This document shows, piece after piece, positions 63,671 to 64,000 of a DNA stretch of 64,000 nt; the stretch's first letter is position 1, and every line of letters begins with the position of its first letter. Source of the DNA: Vicinamibacteria bacterium (GTDB lineage Bacteria; Acidobacteriota; Vicinamibacteria; Fen-336). Under the pieces are notes generated by a model. It saw only the letters and a program-made list of their open reading frames with translations, searched no databases and was not told the DNA's origin. The stretch spans positions 391,240-455,239 of the forward strand of contig JBFWVE010000003.1 of the NCBI GenBank assembly GCA_050246895.1, written 5' to 3'. The translations under genes were made by a program, and so were the position numbers.

Positions 63671-64000
63671 GCCGCCCTCACGCCCGCGAAGCTGTCACCG
63701 TCCAGGAACACGCGCTGCCAGATCTCGAGGTTCAGCAGCAGCCAGAGGCGGTCGCCGTGGTCCTCGCGGCCGGAACGGTGCGCCTCGGCCAGCCGGCGCA
63801 CCTCCCCGGCGTCGAGCAGCCCGCGCTCGAGGGCGCGCGGCGACAGCACCAGCTCGCGCACCGCGCTCCAGAACGGCCCGCGCAGCCAGCGCCCCACCGG
63901 CACCGGAAAGCCCATCTTGCGCCGGCTCAGGATCGGCCGCGGAACGAGATCGCGCAGTGCCGAGCGCAGCAGCAGCTTCGTCGTCAGGCCGCGCAGCTTG
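63667..64000 (-). CDS. 3' end of an asparagine synthase (glutamine-hydrolysing)-like gene. The gene continues beyond the window end (5' partial in this window).
   Basis: C-terminal AsnB-like sequence …KMGFPVPVGRWL…DRLWLLLNLEIWQR… The frame stays open up to base 64000. Confidence 0.55.
   Translation of the reverse strand, partial: KLRGLTTKLLLRSALRDLVPRPILSRRKMGFPVPVGRWLRGPFWSAVRELVLSPRALERGLLDAGEVRRLAEAHRSGREDHGDRLWLLLNLEIWQRVFLDGDSFAGVRAA

Overview
This is a very high-GC (about 70% or more) chromosomal window, probably from a Myxococcota-type deltaproteobacterium. Gene density is high, and many adjacent genes are joined by ATGA/GTGA stop-start overlaps. The provided ORF track accepts GTG/TTG starts and, because of the GC content, contains many spurious antisense and out-of-frame ORFs; several long listed ORFs are chimeras of a real 3' gene with a spurious 5' extension, and I trimmed them accordingly.

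Gene content from start to end:
- 1–6470: a Kef-type K+/H+ antiporter (5' partial), ResB cytochrome c biogenesis protein, and pntAA-pntAB-pntB transhydrogenase.
- 6679–17258: a mirror-symmetric locus. Two different glutamate dehydrogenases (an E. coli GdhA-like NADP type and a ~426-aa Bacillus/archaeal type) bracket three paralogous proteins that carry a pyruvate-phosphate-dikinase N-terminal (PPDK_N, ATP-grasp-like) domain. One is fused to tandem receiver domains. One is fused to an N-terminal sensor-like domain and a C-terminal pol-beta nucleotidyltransferase. I regard this as the most likely undescribed system in the window.
- 17459–18402: a UspA gene and a hypothetical gene.
- 18414–18662: a tandem pair of 114-bp double-hairpin repeats.
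- 18663–33672: a complete [NiFe] hydrogenase island on the minus strand. It has HybO-HybA-HybB-HybC-type structural genes, the maturation protease, and hypF-hypC-hypD-hypE-hypA-hypB. Unusual inserted genes are a Tat-Rieske protein, an extended SDR epimerase/dehydratase-family protein, a standalone crotonase-fold protein (reminiscent of the HypX C-terminal module), and a small membrane ORF.
- 33742–39625: a tandem Usp gene, then single-chain pyruvate:ferredoxin oxidoreductase (NifJ) tightly coupled to a dihydroorotate-dehydrogenase-like flavoprotein.
- 39715–42842: a small HTH regulator, a small CxxCH protein, and feoB – Cys-rich ORF – feoA.
- 42876–45274: a PAS-LuxR regulator and CcsA.
- 45540–53731: a vWA-FHA / secreted protein / FHA-GAF / Ser-Thr kinase-TPR / sigma-54 activator signalling cluster.
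- 53854–64000: a NarL-type two-component pair and a polysaccharide-type cluster (GT2, UDP-glucose dehydrogenase, GT4, secreted tandem-domain protein, BON protein, OmpA-like, beta-helix protein, and an asparagine synthase fragment).

I saw no transposase, integrase, CRISPR array, rRNA or tRNA. All calls rest on reading the translated ORFs and the DNA by eye, with no database search.
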